Source: Mayamaea pseudoterrestris (Eukaryota). Taken from it: a DNA stretch of 64,000 nucleotides. Where the stretch lies: the NCBI GenBank assembly GCA_027923505.1, contig BROI01000021.1:124001-188000 (forward strand), written 5' to 3'. The translations under genes were made by a program, and so were the position numbers. The notes beneath the pieces were generated by a model. It saw only the letters and a list, made by a program, of their open reading frames with translations. It did not search any database and was not told the origin of the DNA. Shown piece by piece: positions 1-10,629 of the stretch (position 1 is its first letter; every line of letters starts with the position of its first letter).

Positions 1-599
1 TTGCCGGCCTGATTATTGGCACCAATCACAGTCGCCTTCCAGCCAGAGTAGTTTCCACTAGGATCACTCTGGTACAACTGGAATCCATAATGCTCGTCGT
101 ATCCAGCAAACAAAAAAGCGACTCCAAAGGGACGCAATCCACCTCGCTGCGTGAAGTATTGCTTGTAGTTGCAGACGTATTCGACCAACTGCTCCATGGG
201 AATTGGCTCCTGATACTGATATTGGTAACGGCCCGCTCGAAGTCTCGCTTGATCAATCAAAATGTTGGCATCTGCCGTCAATCCAGCGACGTTGCAGGCG
301 GCGTGCTTAGCGAGAAAATAAGTCTTCTCCGACGTCTTGGCAGGCGCCAGCAACCCGCTCGTGATGCGGCGCTCGCTTGCCATGACAATTCCATCCTTGG
401 CGAGAATACCGACGCATGTTCCGGCGTTATTGATGGCTTCTATCGCGTACTCGACCTGTAAATAAATAACAGTCAATGAGAGGATGTCACGCAAGGCAGC
501 AAGGCTACAACTATTACTAGCAGACTTCCTTATAATTACCTGATGCAGTCGACCTTCGGGAGAGAATGTCGTCGTGGAGGCGTCATAACGTCGAGCCAT
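1..599 (-). CDS. PSMA4: 20S proteasome subunit alpha-3 (alpha type-4); exon 1 599-540, intron 539-456, exon 2 455-<1 (3' end runs off the window)
   Basis: Manual translation, not in the ORF track: [20 protein letters not shown] / [28 protein letters not shown]...[12 protein letters not shown]...[16 protein letters not shown]...[23 protein letters not shown]. Phase-0 GT..AG intron. Confidence 0.95.
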   Translation of the reverse strand, partial: MARRYDASTTTFSPEGRLHQVIIRKSASNSCSLAALRDILSLTVIYLQVEYAIEAINNAGTCVGILAKDGIVMASERRITSGLLAPAKTSEKTYFLAKHAACNVAGLTADANILIDQARLRAGRYQYQYQEPIPMEQLVEYVCNYKQYFTQRGGLRPFGVAFLFAGYDEHYGFQLYQSDPSGNYSGWKATVIGANNQAG

Positions 600-1196
600 G
601 CTTGGATCAAATGATACGTCGATATGTCGAATGAGAGGCAAGAAGCAGCGGCCGATTGGATCATTGTCGATTCGGACGGATGCGAGAAGATCGAACCTCA
701 ACCTTACTGATCTAACTGTTGACGTCTGTGCTATGAAATAGTTAGCTATATACATACCTACCGATACGGCAGACTCAGGTTCGTGCTCATGTAGACCCAC
801 GATTACTAAACTGTACCGTACTCTACAACTACTTGTATCTTCGTTAAACCGAATGAACCAACATGTACCTCCACTGCGTTCCCGTAAAACTAACTGTTTG
901 CAAGAGCGTGATGCGATTCTCAAGGGATCGTAACTTCTCCACTTCACTTGAACCGTCGCGATAATGGAAACGATTGAATGTGCCACGATTGACAGTCCCG
1001 AACCTCCGCCTTTTCGTCCAGGACCACCGTGTCGGAAGCTACTCAAACATTAAACAACGATGGCATTATCCAGGATCGTGGATGGTCCGATGTATGTACA
1101 GGACGAGGAAAACGTCTAAAAGCAAGGTCTTAAAAGTTCTCTCACAAATCGGTCGGGATATAGTTGTTATTTTCGTTTTTAATCTGTCGCGAAAAA

Positions 1197-1945
1197 ATGA
1201 TTGCAGCCCGTATCGGTATCCTGCTCATCTTGCTTCTCCCATCGCTTGTTACTGCCGTTTCGTCTCCCATCCGCATTGGCAACAAAGACGACAAACATAA
1301 ACTTGCCACCGCGTCCTTTTTCGAAACGGAGGATTCAATCGCGTAAGTTTCTTCGAGCGGTTGATGATGTACATCGTAAAGTTCCATATTTACTTACCAT
1401 ACACTAAACCTCTCGTTATCTGCAGTGCACTCCATGAAGGCTTTGCAGCACTTGATTATCATTCAAGCTTCTCCATGAGCATGTGGAATAGAAACAAGAA
1501 CACAGCGCTTGTTCCCAACTTGACCAAGAACGACAAGGCTCCACTCAACATGAGTCTCGTGAGCGATGAGCCAACCATCTCACCAGTCAGCACAAGTGCT
1601 TCCAATCATGACGATGCCGAGAGTATTGACAAGTCTGCCGCCTTGCCTGTGGCATCGTCGGCCATAGTGGATGGCCAAGACTTAAACAAGTCAAAAGCGT
1701 TGACCGCAAATCAACAAATCTTGGTTGGCGTTATGGTGGCAGTGGCTGCGGCGACCTTGGTAGGAGCCTTTGCCTACCAGCAATACAAATCTCAAAAGTA
1801 TTCCGAGGCTGCCCGATCTGGCATGTTGGAGGAGGCCGAACTTGATGGCGAGGAAGGAGGCATTGATGGAAGTGAGCAGCAGACTGCTCGTCGCGTCGGA
1901 AATCAATCGCTGATTGATGGGATGGATAGCGACATTGAAGTTTGA
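1197..1945 (+). CDS. Hypothetical single-pass (type I) membrane protein; exons 1197-1342 and 1426-1945
   Basis: Signal-peptide-like MIAARIGILLILLLPSLVTA. A GTAAGT...TGCAG intron (1343-1425) joins the two ORFs in frame. TM helix ILVGVMVAVAAATLVGAFAY is followed by an acidic tail. Confidence 0.7.
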
Positions 1946-2843
1946 CCAGTGAAAGGTCAGAGTGGTATGTATACCCATATAATATTTTATGTAGATTGTA
2001 CTGCTTTTCGTCATTATGTTTTGCCAGCTGTCAATCTTTCGTACATACCGGTACAGTACTCCTTTTATGCATTCGTTAACTGCTGGCCTCGACGCCTCAA
2101 CAGAGCAACACTAAACGCCCAATGTATGTGCAAGCTACTCGTCAATATTTGCGTGTCATGTATTCGTTCCTTCCTCCAGTATCATTGGTCGTTCTGCGTA
2201 TATACAACGCTTCTTCCGAGTCTCACGTGTTGTTCTTTTGGGAGCTACTTGTTGCCTCCGCTTGACGATGACGAATGCTTGATACCGCTCGAATTCATCA
2301 TACTGCACTAGACCAAATAAACAATTTCTATGCTTTTATTCGATAGAATCTCGTGATGTCATGGTCAATGGCACCCAAAACCGCATGCCTCGACTTCGAT
2401 CGTTCGCCATGGTGATTGAGGATGAGAGTTTGGGTACGGCAGTGCGCCACGTGACGCGTCATCATGGAAGACTGTGTCACGAAGAGTAGCGTTTTCACGA
2501 AAGATAAGCACGTGCAACTGTACTTCAAAAAGAACGCTTTTCATGAAAATTGTGTTCTTCGCGAATACCGTTGTCACTATCGGATTTTTAAATCGATCGA
2601 GCCGTTTCCTCGGCAGCAGCGGCGATCGCTCCTCCCACAACTTTTAAAATCATGACTTTAGCGTATAATATTATCAGACACAGTATCGAAGACGTCGTGA
2701 TCTTTCAGCCGACGCACATTGCGCCTTCCTGTCGCGCCGCTGTCACTTGTGCGGTGCCGTTTGCGCACCCGGACGCCAACGACCTTTTGGTGTCATCGGG
2801 CGCTCGTCGCGGAGCGTTTAAACTTGCGGACGTCTACTCCATC

Positions 2844-5800
2844 ATGGCGTCGAGCGCTACTGCTCTTTTTGTAGGGTTCAAAAGATGCTTTGTTCAGGAT
2901 AGGATGAACATTGCTGGTGGAGACGGAGATTTGGAAATATCAGTTGTCTTGTTGGAGAATGGTGAGTTTGCAGCAAGCGAGTGCCCTGGAGGGAGTCACT
3001 GCGTCACTTGCGATCAACGACCGCCGTACTCACACTAGCTCCAATAATTCCATATATGCAGGAGAGTTTACGGAGGCGTGTCCGGAATTGCGGGAGAAGG
3101 TTCAGGAGGGTGAGTCGCAACATCCGTCGGTGCGAGTGCATGACTTGGAACGAGTCGTCGCTGCACGATTGCTTGAAAGAGCTGCAAGCTAATTACACAC
3201 CGTATCATAATGCCTTCTCACCTTTGAAACTCTTCTTGTTAATCTTTATCAGAGATTTGGCCGCAGGAGTTGCACCGCTCAGGATTGGCGAAATCCAAGA
3301 AACGTGTGATTGGCGACGAGGCGCATGCCTGGGCCCTTTCGGTTGAGCATGGTTCCCAAGGAAAGTCGGCGAACTTTCGATCGGTTACAGGATTGAAGGA
3401 TGCCTTGAAACCATCGCCTACTGCCGGTGCAGTGGTCGAGAAGCGGCCTGTCGTTGTGGAGGCTTTTGGATGCGGATTGGAGGTTTTTGGCATGGAATCG
3501 GGATTGGCGGAACGAGCGGAAGCGTCACCTAAACAAGGCGCGTCATCGTATCAAGCGACCGCGTCTTGCAAGCGTTGGTGGGCTGATTATGATTGGGAGT
3601 TGCACCAAGCTGCATTGAAAGCAGAAAGAGAGGGCAAGGAGTTTGACGAAGACGCGTTTGAAACAGCTTTTGACCGTCTTGCCGCAAGTGGCTACGACTT
3701 GAGCCTCCCAACTGCCGGCTCAATGATCGAGATGGAGATGGCCTCAATGATTGCTTCTTTTGGGTGTGATTCGGTGGTTTCTCGCGAGGGTTTGGAATTT
3801 AAGGAACTCTCTGATGCATCTCGTGCTGTTGCAGCAGTGGATGAGATGCGTACTGCCTCGGCGGACGCTTGTTCTGGATGCAAGTCGATGGTCTTTGGCG
3901 CTGGTTCGGGTTTGAAGAAACCCTTGGATGCTCCTTCTATTGTTGTCACAGTGGTTGAGATGCGGACTGCTTCGGCGGAGGCTTGTTCTGGATGCGAGTC
4001 GATGTTCTTGGGTGCTGGCTCGGGGTCCCAAGAACCCCTGGATGAGCCTCCTGCTGTTATAGCTGTTGGTGAAACATATGTTTCGGCGGATGCTTGTTCT
4101 GGATGCAAGTCGGTGGTCTGTAGCGCCGGTTCGGGGTTGCGGGAACCCCTGGATGAGCCTCTTGCTGTTGCGGCAGTGGGCGAGATGCGTAATGCCTCGG
4201 CGGAGCCACGTTCTGGATGCGAGTCGGTGGTCCTTGGCGCTGGTTCGGGGTTGCAGAAACGCTTATATGCATATCCTGGTGTTGCAGGTACGATGCGGAA
4301 TGCCTCGGCGGTGGCTTGTTCCGAAAGCGAGTCAGCGGGCAATGGCATGGGTTCGGGAGTGGAGGAACCCCAGAATGCATCGTCTCATGTCGAAGCTGTC
4401 ATTGAGCTGCAGAGAGCATCGATCAAAGCACTTTTTGCTGCAAAATTGGTGGTACCTCACAAAACATCGAAATTGGAGGCATTCAAGAATGTATCGACAG
4501 CCAAGGCAGTGGTTATGATGGAGCCTGTCTCGGTCAAGTCAAATTTTGCGGCAGAGTCAGTCGGCTTAGGCAAGGCTTTGAATTTGGGAAAACCATTGGC
4601 TGCATCATCTATTGCCAACGCAGTGGTGACAGTGGACCGTTTCTCGATTGAGTCATGTAATGCGGCAGTGTCGGACGTTTTTGGCAAGGATGCTGAGTTG
4701 GGGGAATCCTTGAACGCATCTCCTACTGTCAGCACATTGATCGAGATGCAGGCGACCTCTGTGGAAAGTACGGTGTCGGTGTCCGAGGCGGTCGACTTTG
4801 GTGCGGATTTGGAGTTAGGGAAACCCGTAGGGGTCGTGACGTGGGCGGCTTCTGTTGATAGAAAAGTGTTGGCGTCGGTGGCAATAGACTTTGGCGCGCC
4901 AAAGGGCCTAGAGGAACCAAAGATTGCATCATCTGTTGGCGCTGTAGTTGAGATGTTTGTTGCATCGGGAAAGCCCATGCATGCCCCAGCGTTGACGTCA
5001 AGAGCAGTAGACTTTGGCGCGCCTACAGGTCCAGACGAACAAATGGTTGCATCGCGTCTTGTCGGCAATGTGGCTGAGTCGGTGGCGACTGAGGCGTCGA
5101 GAGACCTGCGGAAGTGCAAAGATCTGGAATTCTTGTCTCTTGAATTGGACTTCAAAAAGGGTGTGTTGCGCGTACTCAAAGCTGCGGACGCCAAGGGCGA
5201 CTTGTCCCCGTGGGACCGGAACCATTGGCGACTCAAGTGCTTGGAGCGCGAAGTGGCGTTGCTGGCAGTGTATCATGAGTGTGTTCTCAAAAAGGCCGAG
5301 TTGGAAGTACTAACAGCTGCGGACGCCATGGGCGACTTGCCCCCGTGGGATTGGTACCGCTGGCGACTGACGTGCTTAAAGCGCGAAGTGATGTTGCTGA
5401 CATTGCAACTCCAGGCGGAACCCCGTTTGCTGGATGCTTCTCAACCAATATTGGCTTTAAAAGAGTCGGTCGTCTTGACGGCGTCCAAAGCTGCAGCAAC
5501 GGCAGCAGTGGTGGAGGATGCGGCAGAGACGAAGGCAAAGACTTCTGCATACGCGACACATAAGAACGACATCTATCTGACTGATACGCACTGTGCGAAG
5601 AAAGTCAACGAGGCGAAGCGCTGTTCCGTATGGATTGTAATTGCCATCGTCATGGGTATCGTTGGCTGGGGATGGCTGTTTGGATCGATGAGGAAGGCGA
5701 AATTGACGCAACAATCTGCTTTTCTCATGCAACATTTAACAGAAACTAGCTCACATTTTGATCGGGATGACAGCAAGGCACTTTCTGTATGGAAACCATG

Positions 5801-8096
5801 GACCGCATGTGATCGGCACAAGCCTATGCCATTTGACGGATCGTATGGCGACAGCTTGATCGACATTATCTACTCGGCTACCAATTGCGACTTTGGTGGC
5901 GGTAATGCCTGTCGTTCATTGCCGTATGAGAATGAAACGGTCATAGCGCTGGAAGATACTTCTGGGCAGGAAATTGATGGCGATCGGGCATGGATGGCGG
6001 TAACTTTCAATTTTATTGAAAACACGGGGATACGGCTTGTGACAGTTGACATTCATTGCACAGTTAAGGGAGTAGCAAGCATGGGCGCTGCGGATGTATC
6101 AATTAACGAGTACCCGATCATCTTTACAAGCTACCTCCTAAGTCTCGAGAATGTGACGCTCAGCCAAGGAATTCACTACACTGGGCAGCCGACCATTACT
6201 GTTGGATTTGGAGAAGGCCGGTTCAGCCTCACCGCTGTTTGCGAGTCGGACGACACGAGCGGTGATGAATCAGTCGCACTTTCGCTCTGGAATTCCAATG
6301 CCTCGTCCAACGACGGTTGCTTCTCTAAGGGAGCTTGCTTACGTAATTTTGCAGGTAATGCATCAATTGACGGTTGCTTTTGGGACGGAGCTTGCCCAGA
6401 TGGTTTTGTAGAAAGTGCTTCGATTGACGGTTCCATTTCCGACGGAGCTTGCGCCGATAGCATTCCAGGCAGTGCTTCCAATGGCGGGTACTCTTCAGAC
6501 GGAGCTTGCTCAGATGTTTTTGCAGGTAATGCTTCGATTGACGGTTGCTTTTTGAACGGAGCTCGCATGGATGGTTTTGCGGATAGTGTAATTGCTGCTG
6601 GCGAAAGCAAGGTTACCGCCTTTCCAGTTGCTGCTTACTTGGAAAAAGTTTCTCTGGATGGTGCAAGCTATGGCAAGGTTTATGCCGATTTCGTTGACAG
6701 GTTCCGGTATGGCGCTCGCTGGGACGATGATACTACAGTTGCTGCAGCTGCCTTGAGCAATATCAGTATCTATACGGCTTTGCAGCAAGAGGCCGCAATC
6801 GAATGGTCCAGTTCCATCAGGTCGACTGGCGGAAACTCTACGGGCGGTGCAATTACAATAGGCGACGGCAGTGCTGATGCTTATTTCTTTGGAAATTTGC
6901 AGCATGGCGCTCGGTGGGATGTTGGCACTATAGCAGCAAGCAATGTCAGTACCTTATCGGCCTTGGAGCAAGAGGCCGCAAGTGAGTGGTGCAGTGTCAT
7001 AAAGTCGGATGGCACGAGAAATATTTCGTTGGACGCTGTAGATTTCGAGGTTTTCTTTGATTACAAGAAGATTGTGTCAACAGGTGAAGTAATCGTCGAC
7101 ATTGACTGCAACTTTGGCCCGGGGGTGACCGAATTCAATTCAGTTTCGTTCAAAAGCAACTCGGTGTCGCTGGCGGATGTCATGCTTGGAGATACATATG
7201 AGGCGGAGCAAGTACTTTTTACAGTGGCCTTTGACAGTGGACTGTCCAGCGTGACAGTTGTTTGCTCACGCCGTCCAGGCGCCGCTTCCGATCTTGCAAG
7301 CAAGTGGGAAAACGGCACACTTGCAGGAATGATCATTGACGTTGATCCCTTCGCATCGCTTTTCGATCCCAGCACTGCGCTCCATGATTGTCGAGGTGCA
7401 TGTGAGGTTTCGGGCCAAGAAGTTGATCGAGTAACTGCGTCTCTGTTCCGCCATGTACTGACTGTTTTGGTGGCCGTTACAGTGTATGTCGTTGGAAAGC
7501 GCGGTCGGCGACGGCGTCAGCTTCTATGGCAGCGACGCCTAGATTATGCTCGTCAAGTAGCCGTGGTTGAGGTCATTCCTGATGACTGTCAAGCAGCTGT
7601 CGTTGAGGACATTCCTGATGATAGTCGAGCAGCCGTCGTTGAGGACGTTCTAATGCGGCCATTGCCTGCCAAAGTCAAGGGGATATTGCGGAAACCGGGG
7701 ATCAAGTATGGTCCACATGGTCGTCGAGTTAAATTTACCGAAAAAGTAGCGGTCCGTGCCTTCGACATCACGGTTGGGTTGAGGCAGGTTGAGGCTTTGT
7801 CAACTGATTACCGAGGGATTCATTTCGTTGCACGCTCGAAGCATCCGTTCTATCCTCTAGGGCTTGATTGGACTTTTGTGGATGAGCAGGTGGATATGGG
7901 GGCCTTCGGTCAGAAGTGCACCAGGTATGATCAACGCGGGTTTCGACTTCACTGTCCCGCCGATCGGCTTCGCCGTCTCGTTGGCTCGGGTGGTTTCACT
8001 CTAGAAGAGTTAAAGCGAATGGATGCGGATGCGCGGGTGATGCATTACGACCAAATGGATGCCTTGGTCTTGGCTCTGTCAATCGGCAACGACTAG
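2844..8096 (+). CDS. Large repeat-rich orphan membrane protein (~1670 aa, two TM helices); proposed exons 2844(or 2904)-2961, 3062-3109, 3253-8096
   Basis: 4.8-kb open frame that starts at TTG in the track. Two GTGAGT..CAG introns (2962-3061, 3110-3252) splice upstream ORFs into it with matching phase. Hydrophobic segments at ~5628-5685 and ~7443-7496. Several internal repeat families. Confidence 0.7.
3843..4375 (+). repeat. Coding tandem repeat, ~114-bp (38-aa) unit, about 5 copies, with degenerate copies to ~5090
   Basis: Units start at 3843, 3957, 4071, 4182 and 4290; consensus EMRxASAxACSGCxSxVxGAGSGLxxPLD. Confidence 0.9.
5172..5400 (+). repeat. Coding direct repeat, 135-bp (45-aa) period, 2 copies
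   Basis: VLKAADAKGDLSPWDRNHWRLKCLEREVALL at 5172 and VLTAADAMGDLPPWDWYRWRLTCLKREVMLL at 5307. Confidence 0.9.
6295..6590 (+). repeat. Coding tandem repeat, 60-bp (20-aa) unit, about 5 copies
   Basis: NASIDGCFxDGACxDxFAG-like units; 'gacgg...ggagcttgc' recurs every 60 nt. Confidence 0.9.
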
Positions 8097-8146
8097 TAGG
8101 GCTTTTGGATGCTCTCGCATGTTTTGGGACGGTGATTCGTGTTGCG

Positions 8147-8550
8147 GGGAGACGGAGGCATGCGGCAAACAGAGATGGGCGGAGGTAAGTGTGGGAAGAG
8201 AGACGGAGACTTGCGGCGAGACAGATGTGCATAGAGAGGTGGCATGATTGGTAAGGCGGAGATTCATGGAGCGGAGAGACGAAGGCATGCGGCAAACAGA
8301 GATGGGCAGAGGTAAGTGTGGGAAGAGAGACGGAGACTTGCGGCGAGACAGATGTGCATCGAGAGGTGGCATGATTGGTAAGGCGGAGATTCAGGGAGCG
8401 GAGAGACGGAGGCTTGCGGCAAGATAGAGATGGGCAGAGATAGGTGTGGGAAGAGGGACTGAGACTTGCGGCGAGACAGATGTACGTAGAGACGTGGCAT
8501 GACCGGTAAAGCGGAGATTCATGGAGCGGAGAGACGAAGACTTGCAGCTA
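8147..8550 (+). repeat. Purine-rich 127-bp tandem repeat, about 3.2 copies
   Basis: 'gc(a/t)tgcggcaa' anchors at 8158, 8285 and 8412 give a period of 127; internal GAGACGGAG sub-repeat. Confidence 0.9.
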
Positions 8551-8732
8551 GACGGATATGGCCGGGGCCAGGCGTGGCGAGACAGCATTGTAAGTAGCCA
8601 AGCGCTGTGTTACAAGCAAGCGTTCAAACCCTCACTCACGAATTGCGTCTCTGTATCTCTTTGTGGCTGGTCGCAGGGCAATCAATCATCCACATGGCGG
8701 TCGTAGGGCGGCTGCTCATCCAGGCTTCCTAT

Positions 8733-8820
8733 CTTTCATCGTATTCCATCGTTCTCCATCGTATTTCATCGTGCACCATCGCTCTCCATCGTGCTTGATC
8801 GTGTTTCATCGTGTCCCTCG
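8733..8820 (+). repeat. 10-bp-period CATCGT minisatellite
   Basis: gtattccatc gttctccatc gtatttcatc gtgcaccatc gctctccatc gtgcttgatc gtgtttcatc. Confidence 0.85.
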
Positions 8821-8884
8821 CTTCCTGCATTCTTTCCATCCATTCCATTCCACAAATGGCGGCTCTCTGGGAGGGCACGGAGAT

Positions 8885-9046
8885 TCAAGCAAGGAAATTC
8901 AAGCAAGGCGATTTGATGGGCAAGGATCAAGCAAGGATCAAGCAAGGATCAAGCAAGGATCAAGCAAGGCGGTTTCGTTGGGCAAGGATCAAGCAAGGCG
9001 GTTTCGTTGGGCAAGGATCAAGCAAGGCGACTTTATTGGGCAAGGC
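8885..9046 (+). repeat. GCAAGGATCAA 11-bp tandem repeat interspersed with GGCGGTTTCGTTGG units
   Basis: Directly visible (caaggatcaag)n array. Confidence 0.9.
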
Positions 9047-9312
9047 GGAGGTATTACAAATAAAATACGGAATTTATTCCGGGGGTGATTGGCGTGACCT
9101 CATGAATGTCGGCAGGAGTCTCATGGCTGGGCGGCTATTAGGAGCGGTTTAGTGTGTGCAGCGACGTAAAATGCCCGGGCCTTCCCGCTTATATAAAGGC
9201 CTGAGACTAGCGTCATTGCGACCCCCTTCATAGCATCACTCGCTAAACCAATCAACCCTCCCCAGCGACGATGGACCACCTTGACGTGGTGCTGGGGCTT
9301 ACCCACTAAGAG

Positions 9313-9448
9313 TCCATCAATCCATCCACCATCCTCCATTCATCCACCATCCATCCACCATCCATCCACCTTCCATTCACCATCCATCCACCTTACATCC
9401 ATCTACCATCCATTACCATTCATGTACCATCCATGTACCTTCCATCCA
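9313..9448 (+). repeat. C/A-rich (CCATCCA)n low-complexity satellite
   Basis: Repeated ccatccaccatccatcc units. Confidence 0.85.
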
Positions 9449-10629
9449 GGAGGTTAGTAAATGCGCATACCTTCCACAAAAATCATTCCTAATCATCCAT
9501 GAGCAAATTTTCGATACTTTCCCAGACGGTTCAAACGCTGAAAATCACTCCACTCTTATCACGCTCAAGCATATGACATCGAACATATGTTTGCTCAAAC
9601 GATTCCAATGTGGTGGCCGTGAACACGCTATCCAACTCCGCATCTGCATCCATTTGCATCCACTGACCTTAATTAGTCGTCTGGCAACATCACCATCCAT
9701 TGGTTGCTTCTTCCAAAGAGGCAGAAGTTTGTCCGTTATTCCGGCGCTTCCGTGATCAATCCATCTTTTAAAAGCATCCATGCATGCATTTTTGCTTAGC
9801 GTCGCGTCGCGATGCCAAGGTTGCATTATCGTCGCCGGGTCGGCAAAGTGGTCGCGTCAGATATATCATGCACAAAGAAAAAATGCGTCCATTACACCCG
9901 ATGAAGACTGTCGACATTGTTGAACTCCTCCACTATATATCCACATAGCGCGTGTGCTAGTATCGTTGCAGTAACCGATCGTGATGCTAGATTGCGAACG
10001 CAAGCATCGCTATCTAAAAGCGAAAAAAAGTATAATGGTTGCCGCATGCAGTGACAGTGATTTTGATCGTGGACCTTGGCCCTTGGTCATCAATGTCGTT
10101 GGCCTTATACCCACAAAATGTATCCCCAAAATTTGCTAAATAGAAATATGTATTCCATCATCTCAAGTAATGCATGAACTGTGATAGGTTAAAACGAGAA
10201 AGTAGAGTGAAGCAGGTTTTCGTCCCTTAATGGTTTTGTTGCCTAGACCCTCGAGCTCGAGCGGCGATCGGCGATGCAAGCGCTTTCGTAGCGGGACGCT
10301 GAACAGCGACCAGCGGAACACTCCCTTTCCAAGCTGTACGGCAATGAACTCTTCTTAGGTTCCTGGCTTGTAACAGTCACCTTCGCGTTTTCGGATTATC
10401 GGATTGTCGGATTGTCGGTGGGAGGTATGACGTACCTCGTATACGTCGTAGAAGAAATAGTTGAGTACCGATACGATATGAGATGTGGCTAAATAATTCA
10501 AACTGACTGTGAACCACAGTATCGAATAACAGTACTTCAACTTGTACAGTTTCAACGTGATGGATGGCGCGCCACGATGATGACCAACCATTTTAATTTA
10601 TTGGAACAAAAAAAAACCATTTTTCGACC

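Noticed and set aside
90..461. 123-aa plus-strand ORF
   Set aside because: Antisense to exon 2 of the proteasome alpha-3 gene.
1949..2655. Several 60-120-aa ORFs between the membrane-protein gene and the orphan
   Set aside because: No motifs, no consistent splice model, and mutually overlapping frames.
7996..9152. Short ORFs over the satellite region
   Set aside because: They are translations of tandem repeats with no independent coding evidence.
9313..9448. Interstitial telomeric repeat
   Set aside because: The units are CCATCCA-like, not CCCTAA/TTAGGG-type.
9545..9826. 93-aa minus-strand ORF as a transposase remnant
   Set aside because: No recognisable DDE, RT, integrase or Rep/helicase motif, and neighbouring frames are full of stops.
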